From: a virus
Strand: one strand, 5' to 3'
DNA length: 64,000 nucleotides
Virus record (IMG/VR): IMGVR_UViG_3300007513_001761
Span: 32,001 to 96,000 of that record
The translations under genes were made by a program, and so were the position numbers. The stretch's first letter is position 1, and each line of letters opens with the position of its first letter. The notes under the pieces are model-generated. The model had not been told where the DNA came from. It saw only the letters and a program-made list of their open reading frames with translations, and searched no databases. Of the stretch, positions 38,965-48,739 are shown one piece after another.

Positions 38965-39174
38965 TTACGAGTCGAGGAAGTGTAAATCTTTATCTAACAC
39001 TTTTTTATAAATGCCAGGGTCCTCATCAATATATATGTCATAATCGTACATTGAGCGTTCACTTTCTTCATAAACATATAAAATAACTGCTCTTCTTGGA
39101 TGTCTTAATACTGCATTGTTTCTAAATGGGTCATAAATCACCCATTCGTCCATCTGAAATCTCTTTAGTGTCAT
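38965..39174 (-). CDS. Hypothetical SH3-like protein
   Basis: 69-aa beta-rich ORF. Confidence 0.55.
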   Translation of the reverse strand: MTLKRFQMDEWVIYDPFRNNAVLRHPRRAVILYVYEESERSMYDYDIYIDEDPGIYKKVLDKDLHFLDS

Positions 39175-39292
39175 CTTCTTCGTCTCTTATGCACATCACA
39201 CAAACAACTTGACCATCTCTTATTTCATATTCGCCCTCATAAATACATGTGTCACAGAAATCGCAAACTTTAATGCTGTAGGTTAGGTTCAT
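39131..39292 (-). CDS. Small zinc-finger protein
   Basis: CDFC...CVMC. Confidence 0.55.
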   Translation of the reverse strand: MNLTYSIKVCDFCDTCIYEGEYEIRDGQVVCVMCIRDEEDDTKEISDGRMGDL

Positions 39293-39467
39293 TCGAATCT
39301 TCTTCTCCTTCGTCTTGTTCAATATCGATAGTAGCAGTAGGTCTGATCAAATGCTTGTTACCCAACTTCTCTTTCTTTTCAATTAAATACCAGGCATCTT
39401 CTAATTGGGCCTTAAAATCATCTTCGGCTCTAACTTTTTTATGCTTGATTTTGCTTAATTTTCTCAT
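39270..39467 (-). CDS. Hypothetical protein
   Basis: Start MRKLSK at 39467 with GAGG SD, just downstream of the tmRNA. Confidence 0.55.
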   Translation of the reverse strand: MRKLSKIKHKKVRAEDDFKAQLEDAWYLIEKKEKLGNKHLIRPTATIDIEQDEGEEDSNEPNLQH

Positions 39468-39484
39468 TATGTCCTCATGATAAA

Positions 39485-39849
39485 TGGTGGAGGCGGCGGG
39501 AGTCGAACCCGCGTCCAAAATAATATCCAACAAAAGTCATTCACAAGTTTGTCAGCTTTACTATCACAAAACTGAAAAGATAGACAGACTTCCTACCATG
39601 CTTACTGTCCTGTTGCATCCCACCTGCTAAAAGCAGGAAACCCATTCTGATTTTTTAGCTTCGCAGGCATCTACCTGCTATCTCAAATTGGGTAAAAAGG
39701 CTTTGAGAAGCCCCTCGATTAGGCCGCTACTGCGACTGCTTCGAAGTGTGTGTTGTTATTAGCAACTATTGTTTTTGAACTGTTAAGGTCGTATCTAACC
39801 TACTTGCACTCTTTATTTTCCTTTACCTTGTCGAATCCGTTTCGCCCCC
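39485..39849 (-). ncRNA. ssrA: tmRNA
   Basis: 5' GGGGGCGAAACGGATTCGAC; 3' GGTTCGACTCCCGCCGCCTCCACCA; G3-U pair; tag ORF ANNNTHFEAVAVAA* at 39719-39763. Confidence 0.95.
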
Positions 39850-40049
39850 TTTTTAGTTTTAACTATAATTCCGACCGCTGTGTGATCTTCATTTTCTAAC
39901 CAAATCAGAACTTCCTTTGAAGTTTCTTCTTTAACTGTATAAGTATGTTCTATTTTTTCAATAGCGCTCTTTCTAGCCAATGCTTCTGTTTTATGTTGGC
40001 TAATTAGTTCGCCCTGGATATAGTGATTTGCTTTATACACTTTCCACAT
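39813..40049 (-). CDS. Hypothetical protein
   Basis: 78 aa; last 37 nt overlap the tmRNA 5' end. Confidence 0.55.
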   Translation of the reverse strand: MWKVYKANHYIQGELISQHKTEALARKSAIEKIEHTYTVKEETSKEVLIWLENEDHTAVGIIVKTKKGAKRIRQGKGK

Positions 40050-40054
40050 TTAAC

Positions 40055-40294
40055 TCACAAGGCTTCAATAGCATTGATCATTTCTTGTGGCTCAAAAACC
40101 GTTACGGTATCAATTCGAAACCAATTCGATGAAATATTTTTGCTTGGAGAATTGTATACGTTTGTTGGCTTTCCGCCTCTCCATTCGATTTGTAACCACT
40201 TCCAAGAATTCTCTTCTTTTTCTGCGATCACATTTCCAAATTGAATTTGTGTGGCATCATGAATGTGGTACACTGGCTTTCCTACTAATGACAT
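40055..40294 (-). CDS. Hypothetical protein
   Basis: AGGAGG SD. Confidence 0.65.
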   Translation of the reverse strand: MSLVGKPVYHIHDATQIQFGNVIAEKEENSWKWLQIEWRGGKPTNVYNSPSKNISSNWFRIDTVTVFEPQEMINAIEAL

Positions 40295-40642
40295 TTAGTC
40301 CTCCTTGTCAAAATAACTGTTAATATCATACTTTTTAGCGATGGTTCTAAATTCTGCGTATGTGATTCCTAAGAATCTTGCGGCATCCATCTTCGACTGC
40401 GTCGTTGAAATAGCAAATTTCAACAATGCTTCCTTTACAATATAGCATGCCTTGTCCCAGATGTCAAGGCCATAAAGTCTCTTATTTACATGAGCACAAG
40501 ATAGTTCCAATTTCACAGCTATCAAGTCTTCTAATGTTAAACTATTGATCAAAACTAGTAGATCTTTACTAGCAATACCTTCACTAGTTAGTTTATTAAT
40601 AACACTCTTATTAATAGTAGTTGATCTATTATCTACTTTCAT
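40295..40642 (-). CDS. Fis-like HTH DNA-binding protein
   Basis: KMDAARFLGITYAEFRTIAKKY. Confidence 0.65.
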   Translation of the reverse strand: MKVDNRSTTINKSVINKLTSEGIASKDLLVLINSLTLEDLIAVKLELSCAHVNKRLYGLDIWDKACYIVKEALLKFAISTTQSKMDAARFLGITYAEFRTIAKKYDINSYFDKED

Positions 40643-40668
40643 TAACTTTCATAAACTAACACAAACTC

Positions 40669-40697
40669 ATTATAACCAGAGGTCAAAAGCTTGTCAA
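40669..40697 (-). promoter_or_regulatory. Consensus sigma70 promoter
   Basis: TTGACA-17 nt-TATAAT; could drive the HTH gene and tmRNA. Confidence 0.85.
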
Positions 40698-40715
40698 GGA
40701 CTTTTTTAAAAAAAA

Positions 40716-41540
40716 TTAAAGTCCAAACTCTACTTCATCTGGCGTTGGACCTTCGGGCACTCCCAAATCAGCTTCTGGTTCTGGTGGTGCACCCGCATCG
40801 ACAGCATCTTCTTCTGCTCTAGCTGTGTCGTAGGCTTGGTTTGAAGGCTCGCTAACGGTGTCTGAAAGCTCAGCTTCAAACTTATCAAAATACAGTTTTG
40901 TGTTTGCGATCAAATAATCATAAAAGAGTTCTTGGTCTTCAGTGTTTGAGAGCAGTTCATACGAATCAATAATGGCGCTTTCAATCTTCTTAAAAGTCGA
41001 ATATGCCATGTTACGGCCAGTTTCATCTTCGCTTTCTAGACCAGTTCCAAAGTCTGCGCGTGGATCTTCTGGTTCCTCATCAGCAGACTTTTCTGCGTCT
41101 GTGCGGATGTCAATAAACTTCTCATCTTCCTCATCACCGATGTCAATTTCAACTTCCTCGTCCAAGGCATCGATTTCTGCCTCTTCCTCGCCGGCCTCGT
41201 TGTTGGTTTCCACGGGAGTTAACGTGTCTACGATGGCTTTGACAATATGAGAACGGAAAGAAGTTCTTTGTTCAATATTTGTTGTTAAGAGCTTGTAATC
41301 GTCTTCCAAAACTGGTATAATTTTCTTAAGGAGATCTTCTAGGACATTAATTCCTGTCGATTTGTTCGGTGTGGGGTTTACGTCGGAGACCTGCTTCTCG
41401 TTAATCAGTTTTGTCTCATGAGCAATGAGAGAACGGATGATATTCCGTAATTCTTTTTCCTCATTCAGTCTTTTCTGCTTGACGTGTTTAATCAATTGTC
41501 TTATATTAGATCTTAAGACTTTCTCTTCTTTTGGATTCAT
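40716..41540 (-). CDS. Acidic hypothetical protein, putative head-associated
   Basis: Repeated LRxxIRxLI helices, LNE/INE sites. Confidence 0.65.
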   Translation of the reverse strand: MNPKEEKVLRSNIRQLIKHVKQKRLNEEKELRNIIRSLIAHETKLINEKQVSDVNPTPNKSTGINVLEDLLKKIIPVLEDDYKLLTTNIEQRTSFRSHIVKAIVDTLTPVETNNEAGEEEAEIDALDEEVEIDIGDEEDEKFIDIRTDAEKSADEEPEDPRADFGTGLESEDETGRNMAYSTFKKIESAIIDSYELLSNTEDQELFYDYLIANTKLYFDKFEAELSDTVSEPSNQAYDTARAEEDAVDAGAPPEPEADLGVPEGPTPDEVEFGL

Positions 41541-43990
41541 GTTAAAATGCCTCTTTCAATAAATAGTTCATATACTTCGTTAACTAAGCTCATATATAAA
41601 TTTTCCTGCTGGTGGCGCTTTCTTTCACCCCGTGTAGATGGGGAGCGCGTAACTAAAGGGCGATCATCGTCCTCCTCGTCATCGGTAGGACCAAGCGCAG
41701 GACCACCAGCGCCAGCCACTGCACCGCCAGCCATACAACTCGTCTCTTCTAATTGTTCGCCGCCGGCGTCAATGCCAAGAACACCCAAAACAGCCGCCAC
41801 ATTATCGGCACTCCCTACAAAATCTTCTAGGAGTTTAGCCGCCACTGGCGTCAATACTTGTCGCCCCCCAACATCTTCGGTTTGGCCAAGTAAAAAGCGC
41901 ATATCTGACGCATGGAATTGGCGAGGTTCTTTGCCTTTTTTAACGCTAGGCATATCTTCCTTTAAATCAGCGCTTTCTAAGACGTTCATATATTCGGGAG
42001 AATGTTCAACAGGATCTACAGCGCAATTTTCGACCGGCCGCACAACAACGCCGTCCTTAGCATATTTAGATGCCATATTGAATCGCGATGGATCATCACC
42101 CTTGGAACAAACACCCAAGATGACCTCATCTCCCGGCTCCAGAGGACCCTCGTCTCCGATAAATTCATACATAGCTGTAATTGGAGACGCGTGGTCTGAA
42201 ACCTCTACTTCAACATTGTCTCCCAAGTGTTGTGTCATGATTTCCCAGATTTTACGTGAGTCTGCTGCGGTAATCTCTCGGCCGTTCGGCAAGCTACGGC
42301 TTGCATTGACCGGATTGGAGATTAATACCACTACTTTCCCGTCTGGATGGGAGGAAATCTCTTGGGCATACTGTTCTACCATCCCAAGATGTCCGCTGTG
42401 AGGTGGCTTGAACGCACCAGGGACCAAAGCGATAACTTTAGTGCCAGCAGGCGCTTGAATTGGGTCGGCCGCGCTAGCGTCCACTTGTTCTAACTCGTTT
42501 ACAAACTCTAATTCTACTGTTTCTTTAATCTCGTGATTAATGTAGGTGTAGACCGTGTTGTATATGGCTTCTTGAGCGTCTTCCTTGCGCACGATGTCTA
42601 CTAATGGTACGCCGTTCATAATATCTGCATAAACGTGATTAGGGATACGCTTGGGAGTATGATTGTTGGTGCGCATCTCGTTCAGCCACTCTTGAGCCGT
42701 TTTTGTAACATCTCGTGTTTTGGAAATCTTAATTGTGATTTGTTTCGACATTCCTTCGTTCATTCCGGAGCGTCTTGCTCTTCCAATGATTTGATTGGCC
42801 ATGGCAAACGCTCCTGTAAGTTTATAGACCTTTCCAGAGCCGGGGGGATATTCAAAAACAACCCCTTCTAAGGTTGAGGCTACGTTTTCGACTTTTTTGA
42901 GCTTTGCTAACTGTTTATCAATCAACTCACCCATTTTAACATCGCCCTGGTCGGATAATGCTTGTAAATGTTCAATTGATTGTTGAAGCTCTTGTTGCAT
43001 CCGCAAAATTTCTTTATCATGTTCTGAAACAAAGAAACTTTGAAGGCCACGCAAGACTTCGATGGCAAAATCGCTAATTGCGACTTCTAAAGGTTGCAAA
43101 ATCGAAGCTATTACCTTTTTAGAGTTGGTTTTAGTACCCAGCTTGGAAACAACAGCTTTTAAGTCCGGAGAAAGCCCCTTTTTCAAAGAGGAGGCTTTAA
43201 TTCCCTTTTTAGCTGCCTTTTCGGGATCAAAAAGGAGCATCATCATCGAATCAGTGATATCGTCGGGTAATCCTTCTTCTCTGGCAAATTGGCGAAGATA
43301 TAGCTTTACGAGATCTTTCAATGTAGCATCTACACCGAGAGGACGAGCAAATTCACGGATCTGCTCCTCAACTTCCGCTAAAGCCGTACCATCGGCCAAT
43401 CTTCGCAATTCTACGATCTTGGGACCATTAATTGTCCACAATTCTTCCCCAACTGTTGCTTCAGCAGCATCAACCAGAGAAACTAGCTCATCAAAAGCTT
43501 CATCAGCCAGATCTTCGAGTCTTTTTTGCTCTTCTTTATCTTCTTTGCTTCCCACATACTTTAATCCATGCAAAACAACTTGAGGCGCCGCATAATGAAT
43601 AATATTCGGATTTTCAGGATACATAATTTCCATATTTATGTACCTTTCCCCACCAGAAAAAAGATTCTGGAGGGTCTGTGGGTCTAGTCTTTTTAAAGCA
43701 GTTGTGAGCGCTCTGAAGCCGTTTGTAAAGGCAGACTCGGCGGGGTGGCCCCGCCATTTCTCGATATACTCTTCGGGAGTCATACCGCCTCGTTTGATGT
43801 CTGAGGAGTTGCGAGCGGTACGGATCAATCCCATAGAATCAACGGACAAAAACAAATTCTGCCCATCAACCTTTTCTGTAGTATTCTTTATGTCTGCGCG
43901 TGCTACCTTGCCGAGTACATCGATGATATCCTGAAAGGTGAGGTCCAAATCTTCGGACAAGTGCGCCATATGTCCACCAAGTCCGCCCAT
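41537..43990 (-). CDS. Ligase-fold nucleotidyltransferase fused to an HxGH cytidylyltransferase-like domain
   Basis: EKVDG (motif I), EIMY, EGVVF, YKL; PGAFKPPHSGH, HASDMR. Confidence 0.7.
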   Translation of the reverse strand: MGGLGGHMAHLSEDLDLTFQDIIDVLGKVARADIKNTTEKVDGQNLFLSVDSMGLIRTARNSSDIKRGGMTPEEYIEKWRGHPAESAFTNGFRALTTALKRLDPQTLQNLFSGGERYINMEIMYPENPNIIHYAAPQVVLHGLKYVGSKEDKEEQKRLEDLADEAFDELVSLVDAAEATVGEELWTINGPKIVELRRLADGTALAEVEEQIREFARPLGVDATLKDLVKLYLRQFAREEGLPDDITDSMMMLLFDPEKAAKKGIKASSLKKGLSPDLKAVVSKLGTKTNSKKVIASILQPLEVAISDFAIEVLRGLQSFFVSEHDKEILRMQQELQQSIEHLQALSDQGDVKMGELIDKQLAKLKKVENVASTLEGVVFEYPPGSGKVYKLTGAFAMANQIIGRARRSGMNEGMSKQITIKISKTRDVTKTAQEWLNEMRTNNHTPKRIPNHVYADIMNGVPLVDIVRKEDAQEAIYNTVYTYINHEIKETVELEFVNELEQVDASAADPIQAPAGTKVIALVPGAFKPPHSGHLGMVEQYAQEISSHPDGKVVVLISNPVNASRSLPNGREITAADSRKIWEIMTQHLGDNVEVEVSDHASPITAMYEFIGDEGPLEPGDEVILGVCSKGDDPSRFNMASKYAKDGVVVRPVENCAVDPVEHSPEYMNVLESADLKEDMPSVKKGKEPRQFHASDMRFLLGQTEDVGGRQVLTPVAAKLLEDFVGSADNVAAVLGVLGIDAGGEQLEETSCMAGGAVAGAGGPALGPTDDEEDDDRPLVTRSPSTRGERKRHQQENLYMSLVNEVYELFIERGILT

Positions 43991-44251
43991 TTAGATTTCC
44001 TCGTTTTCATTTAATGCTTCTTCAAGAATATTCAGCTTCTCTTCCAATAAACTTACCCTATTCTGTAAACGACGAGAGTACTTCTTAATTTCAGAGAGAT
44101 GCTGTTTTGCAAGCGTAATTCTACGCTGTTCGGCCATTGATTTTGGCTTCAAATTGCTGATAATCTCCTGCAAGCCCTGAATATACGTAAAAACGTTTTG
44201 TTCAAGGTCTTCATTTAGGAGGTACTTTCGCCAGTTACCATCCAGGGACAT
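43991..44251 (-). CDS. Coiled-coil protein with NWRKYL leader
   Basis: MSLDGNWRKYLLNE. Confidence 0.7.
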   Translation of the reverse strand: MSLDGNWRKYLLNEDLEQNVFTYIQGLQEIISNLKPKSMAEQRRITLAKQHLSEIKKYSRRLQNRVSLLEEKLNILEEALNENEEI

Positions 44252-44254
44252 GAT

Positions 44255-45373
44255 TTATTTGTCCTGGCTAGTTTTAGCTGCAATTGCCTTTTTGAGGGCT
44301 TCACGAACCATCGCACGAATTTGGGCTTCATTGGCGCGCCTTCCTCGATCTTTCGGCATTCGTGTCGCGTTTTCTGGTCTATCTGCCAGACCGCCTTCTT
44401 CAAGTTCGTCGCCATCCCCACAATCGCCATTCTCGCCTTCTTCCAAGCTTTCGTGGTCTTCATCATAATCACGATCACCCTCTAGGGCTTCAAGGTGATG
44501 ACGAATCGCCTTGATGTGATCTTCATCACTCATAGCGTTGTCAGAATAGTGTCTGCCTTCTTCCGCACCGGAATCTTCGCTGAGCTTGACTTCGTTTGTT
44601 TCCTCTGTCTCCTCTGTCTCACCTGTTTTATAGTGCTCATGTCCCCCCGGACCCGGAACTTCGCCAGCCTTGTGACCGACAGGGTGCTCAGCACTCTTGC
44701 CTCGGCGTTTAAATTCGTGCTTGCCGCGTTTCCATTTGCTACCTTCTTCTTCCTCAAGCTCGACTTCTTCTTTTGTGACGTTGCCTTCTTCTTCGCGCTC
44801 TGTTGGCTTGTCTTTTTCTTTTGCGCCGGGTTCAAGGGTGCCCCCTGGCCCAATTTCTTCATTCAGGTGGTCTAGATTAAAGCTAAACCCCCACTGTTCT
44901 GTTAGGAGAGTTTTAATCTCTTTATTTTTCCAATCTTTTGTAGACATCGTTTTGTTAACTCCTTTATTTAGATGTTCAAAGTAAATAGTGCTCTTGATAC
45001 TGTCTTCCCAGTCTCGAAAGCACAAATTTCCCATTTCATATGCTTCACTTTCCATATTTCTTAAATGATCGTTGTTTTGGGCGTAACCTTCGCCCATTTC
45101 GTTTTCGCCCACCTCATCGAACTGGCCATTGCAATTTTGTGTATGATGTACCAATTCGTGCGATAATGACCGCATAATATCCTTTGGATGTCGATCTTGG
45201 ACGTAAATAGTTACTGATTTGGCTCCTGGATCGTAATAAGCGGTCTTTCCAAGCGGATTTTTCGCATTTTCGGCGTCATTACGCAAAAAAAGCCTTGGCG
45301 GGTCCTTAAAACCCATCTTTTCTTGCGCAAAAGGCATAAATTGCTTGATTAGCGGTTTCAAAACGTCAATCAT
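44255..45373 (-). CDS. Zinc metallopeptidase-like domain with acidic C-terminal module
   Basis: HELVH...MESEAY; in-frame internal ATG at 44947. Confidence 0.7.
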   Translation of the reverse strand: MIDVLKPLIKQFMPFAQEKMGFKDPPRLFLRNDAENAKNPLGKTAYYDPGAKSVTIYVQDRHPKDIMRSLSHELVHHTQNCNGQFDEVGENEMGEGYAQNNDHLRNMESEAYEMGNLCFRDWEDSIKSTIYFEHLNKGVNKTMSTKDWKNKEIKTLLTEQWGFSFNLDHLNEEIGPGGTLEPGAKEKDKPTEREEEGNVTKEEVELEEEEGSKWKRGKHEFKRRGKSAEHPVGHKAGEVPGPGGHEHYKTGETEETEETNEVKLSEDSGAEEGRHYSDNAMSDEDHIKAIRHHLEALEGDRDYDEDHESLEEGENGDCGDGDELEEGGLADRPENATRMPKDRGRRANEAQIRAMVREALKKAIAAKTSQDK

Positions 45374-45710
45374 CGTCTAAAAATACCTCTTTTTGATCTT
45401 GAGAGTACCAAATATATTCTAAATAGTTTCCAAACGGGTCTTTTACATAAATACCTACAGTTCCATCTCGATGGTGCACCGCATCGCCCTTATCCTGCGG
45501 TAAATCGCAAAAATTCTCAACTAAAATCCCAAAATGAGGGTGAGCGTAGTGTTTTTTGTCTACCAGGGCAATATTTGTGTTTTCTATTTGCAATCTAATG
45601 TACTTTTCGTCTCGAAAGGTTACTTTTCCGCTCAAGTGTGCGGTATACCACTCCTCGGCCACCTCTAAATCATCTACTAAGACGGCTATGTGATCAACTT
45701 TGGACTTCAT
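45366..45710 (-). CDS. VOC/glyoxalase-family protein
   Basis: DHIAVLVDD, HFG, YVKDPFGNYLE. Confidence 0.85.
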   Translation of the reverse strand: MKSKVDHIAVLVDDLEVAEEWYTAHLSGKVTFRDEKYIRLQIENTNIALVDKKHYAHPHFGILVENFCDLPQDKGDAVHHRDGTVGIYVKDPFGNYLEYIWYSQDQKEVFLDDD

Positions 45711-45975
45711 TTGACAACTCTTCACGTTTTGAGGGGGATACTAATCGTAAACTAAGGGTAAAGAACTCGATTTCCCGACCACCATGCCCCTGCAGGGGTA
45801 TAACACGAGAAACTGACACCAATCGATTGGATTTAATTTCGTTTTTAATGTCGATAATGATGCCATAATGTACTTTCCAGTCGTTTTCTTCTTCATTCCA
45901 CTTGGACCACTCCACGATATCTCCGACTGACAACTCTCGGGCTAATAATTCTCCAAATTTTAATGATTCATCCAT
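45694..45975 (-). CDS. Hypothetical SH3-like protein
   Basis: LSVGDIVEW...GIII...LRLVS. Confidence 0.65.
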   Translation of the reverse strand: MDESLKFGELLARELSVGDIVEWSKWNEEENDWKVHYGIIIDIKNEIKSNRLVSVSRVIPLQGHGGREIEFFTLSLRLVSPSKREELSNEVQS

Positions 45976-46186
45976 TGTAGGCGACCATCCAGGCGCACTT
46001 TCCCTTAGATAAAAGGCTTTTCATGCAGTCAATGGCAGCGCTTTGGTCCTCAAAAGGGCCGTCTGTCATTAAAGTTACACTTTCCTCAGTATAAAAGTAT
46101 ACCAAATAGATTTTGGCTTGAAAGGTTTTGGTTTTATCATGAAAAATAAAACGTCTTTTGCTTCTTCTACGAACATTTTTACCCAT
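45968..46186 (-). CDS. Hypothetical protein
   Basis: 72-aa ORF with CTAATTA upstream. Confidence 0.6.
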   Translation of the reverse strand: MGKNVRRRSKRRFIFHDKTKTFQAKIYLVYFYTEESVTLMTDGPFEDQSAAIDCMKSLLSKGKCAWMVAYNG

Positions 46187-46211
46187 TACGTAGAATAATT
46201 AGATTTTTTAT

Positions 46212-46361
46212 TTATAAATACCTAGAATTCTTTGCTTGAGTGGCCAAAAGTGCTGCTAACAGAGTAATGGCAGTAAATTCAAACCCCCACACTCCATAAG
46301 AAACCCAACATAACACCATTATTGCAAGAACTTTCCAAAACAGATTAAATTCAAATAACAT
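46212..46361 (-). CDS. Small membrane protein (49 aa)
   Basis: Manual translation MLFEFNLFWKVLAIMVLCWVSYGVWGFEFTAITLLAALL...; fills the gap with a TAATG overlap. Confidence 0.55.
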   Translation of the reverse strand: MLFEFNLFWKVLAIMVLCWVSYGVWGFEFTAITLLAALLATQAKNSRYL

Positions 46362-46651
46362 TAGTTATATCCAACACGGATTATTTCCGATTCTTCAATG
46401 AGTATCACCTCACCATTAATAGTATAAACCATTATTCTATCTAGTTCATCTTTTTTTTCATCTAAGACATAACATACTACACCTCGCGCAATCATTGCAA
46501 CGTTTCTTTGGGTAATATCATAACATCCGATGTATCCGGAACCTTTAATAAGCACTGTGGGTAATAGATCTCCATGATCTTCCGGTAAATTGCCGGTAAT
46601 CTGTTTAATTATCTTTTTCAGTAACGTTTTATTTAAGGTATGCGTACTCAT
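46361..46651 (-). CDS. Hypothetical protein
   Basis: 96 aa; CTAGTTA 4 nt before the ATG. Confidence 0.65.
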   Translation of the reverse strand: MSTHTLNKTLLKKIIKQITGNLPEDHGDLLPTVLIKGSGYIGCYDITQRNVAMIARGVVCYVLDEKKDELDRIMVYTINGEVILIEESEIIRVGYN

Positions 46652-46744
46652 ATTGTAACTAGAGATGCAAAAGCTTAAAAAAAGTTACAAATATCGCTAC
46701 TATTCTTGCCATCAAACCAATAATTCAAGATTTTGAAATTTATT

Positions 46745-47065
46745 TTAGAACATTTCCGAATATGCCATCATCGCGGCCATTAAAAACTGAACAACAGCAA
46801 AAACTGTCACGGCACGCGTTTTAAAGATCTTCAATTCTTCAATTTCATCGAGGGCGCCCTTAAGTTGCGTCGGAGAAGCAACCTCATCTAGTTTTTCTTT
46901 CCAAGTTTTGAGATCTTGAACGCGATCTTCTTTTGCTTTCATCTCTGTTAATTGGTTTTTTACATCTTGTAATTCAGTTCGAAGTCCTTCGATTCCCGTG
47001 GTCAAAGTTTCAAGTTGTTGAATTACTAATTTAGAGTAAGTTTCCCACCCGTTTGTGTCCGTCAT
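46745..47065 (-). CDS. Coiled-coil protein with C-terminal TM helix
   Basis: GGAGG SD before MTDTNG; heptads followed by a hydrophobic tail. Confidence 0.7.
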   Translation of the reverse strand: MTDTNGWETYSKLVIQQLETLTTGIEGLRTELQDVKNQLTEMKAKEDRVQDLKTWKEKLDEVASPTQLKGALDEIEELKIFKTRAVTVFAVVQFLMAAMMAYSEMF

Positions 47066-47118
47066 TGTAAAATCCTCCGACATTTTTAAATAGTCAATTA
47101 ATGGAGAACAATTTAAGA

Positions 47119-47706
47119 TTAATCGTCGCGGACGTAGTTTTCATCGATATCGTCGGCGTATCTCACCTTTCTTGCTCTAATTTTGAGGTCGGGAAAAACA
47201 TCTTTTAGTTCTTCGACGGCTGCAACGTTCTTACCCGAGTCATCAAAGAACAAAACGTCTGTCGCACCCATCTGGATACGATCATGGATCCATGACGATT
47301 TAGCATGCGGATCCGAGTCGCCTAAAAGCTCGAATGTGATCTTCGACGTATCAAAACCTATACCCTCTAAGTAATCTCGGATAGGTTCCTCTGCCTCGGG
47401 CGCCCTCGCAGTTAAGATCGCAATTTCGCGACCTTCTGTGCCCGCATTGATAGCGTTCCTTAAGATATTTGTGATTTGCTTGATTTCTCGTGGATTAATG
47501 ACTTGATCAAATTCAGTAAAATCATATACATAATCTTGGCGTGGTTCATGAGTTGCATATTCAGCCGGCGTCATTTCCAAATTTTCTCCGGCGTCTGTTG
47601 TGATATGAATCTTGGAATCAGACTTGGCCAGAGTATCATCAAAATCAAAAACGCGAAGTTTGGATTCGCGTAAATACTCTCGCCAATTTTCAAGTAGGAG
47701 TTTCAT
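47119..47706 (-). CDS. HAD-family phosphatase with MKLLLENWREYL leader
   Basis: FDFDDTL, LTAR, K, FFDDS; start reassigned to 47706. Confidence 0.8.
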   Translation of the reverse strand: MKLLLENWREYLRESKLRVFDFDDTLAKSDSKIHITTDAGENLEMTPAEYATHEPRQDYVYDFTEFDQVINPREIKQITNILRNAINAGTEGREIAILTARAPEAEEPIRDYLEGIGFDTSKITFELLGDSDPHAKSSWIHDRIQMGATDVLFFDDSGKNVAAVEELKDVFPDLKIRARKVRYADDIDENYVRDD

Positions 47707-47710
47707 TATA

Positions 47711-48739
47711 CTAATTTGTAGGACCCTTCGAATGAGTAGTGGCAGTCGCATAAACAGGCTTGTCGGCACCCCCCGTGAGGTTCCATTTCCCCCAACCGAC
47801 CTCCTCGCCCTCGGCATTAAAATATGCAACCTCGGCTGAGATTTCGGTTGTGCCCAAAGCCTTTGCGAGAGCCTGTTGTGCAGTATCTGTTGCTATCTGG
47901 CCCCCGTTTGCGCCTAATTCGGCTAGCCCAGGAATGGTTATAGTAATTGATGACTGGCCAGCAGCGGTTTTTGTCAATTTGTCGATTTCAAGATCTGCAA
48001 TTTCACTTGTGCTGGCAGTATCCAAAGTACCTTCAGCACCATCGGTTGCTTGGGTTATATCCAATCCCAATGTTTCTTTAGCATTATCGGCCGCTTGTGC
48101 TATTTTTTGTAATCCCACATCAGCAGATTGGTTCAAAGTATTAGCAACTTGCCCAAGTTTTTGTTTCCACTGTGGTACCACCTTTTCTGCAGTTTCTGGT
48201 GTAAAATCTTGGGACACCTGTGCCACTCCGTCTGCAACCTCCGGGTCAATCGTCGACAGCGCGCTGGCGAGATCCGGCAATCCTTCGGGACTCCCACCGC
48301 TGGCCATGGCTTGAGACATCGCTGTTGTGGCGGCAGCAAGAGCTAGTCCCCTTAGTGTGAATTTAATGGCTTTTGCAATTGCTGGATTCTGCTTCTCGAA
48401 TGCCTTAAGTTTCTTCATAACATTGATTACAGGACCAACTGCCTTACCTTTCAGTTTTTGAAGGGCCATATACGCTTGGGTTGACGCTTTTATAATAGAA
48501 TCGTCAATTGCTGAATCTGTTGTTTGTTCTTTGAGGTTTGCAAACATATAATCGATTGATTGTTCCCAGCTTTCTAAAAATCTGATTGTGTCTTCATTCG
48601 ATTCGGATAGTGTGTTGATCGCCTCGTAGAATGATGTTTTGGATACATCATTGGCTTCAAAAAGATACAAACTTCCGTAAATATCCGACACTTGTTCCTG
48701 CAAGAGATACTTTCGCCAATTTTCAAGTAGGAGTTTCAT
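47711..48739 (-). CDS. Hypothetical protein with MKLLLENWRKYL leader
   Basis: Ala/Thr-rich helical body with a hydrophobic segment. Confidence 0.75.
   Translation of the reverse strand: MKLLLENWRKYLLQEQVSDIYGSLYLFEANDVSKTSFYEAINTLSESNEDTIRFLESWEQSIDYMFANLKEQTTDSAIDDSIIKASTQAYMALQKLKGKAVGPVINVMKKLKAFEKQNPAIAKAIKFTLRGLALAAATTAMSQAMASGGSPEGLPDLASALSTIDPEVADGVAQVSQDFTPETAEKVVPQWKQKLGQVANTLNQSADVGLQKIAQAADNAKETLGLDITQATDGAEGTLDTASTSEIADLEIDKLTKTAAGQSSITITIPGLAELGANGGQIATDTAQQALAKALGTTEISAEVAYFNAEGEEVGWGKWNLTGGADKPVYATATTHSKGPTN

Noticed and set aside
39468-39533. N-terminal extension of ORF 39270-39533
   Set aside because: It overlaps the tmRNA 3' end; the start at 39467 has its own SD.
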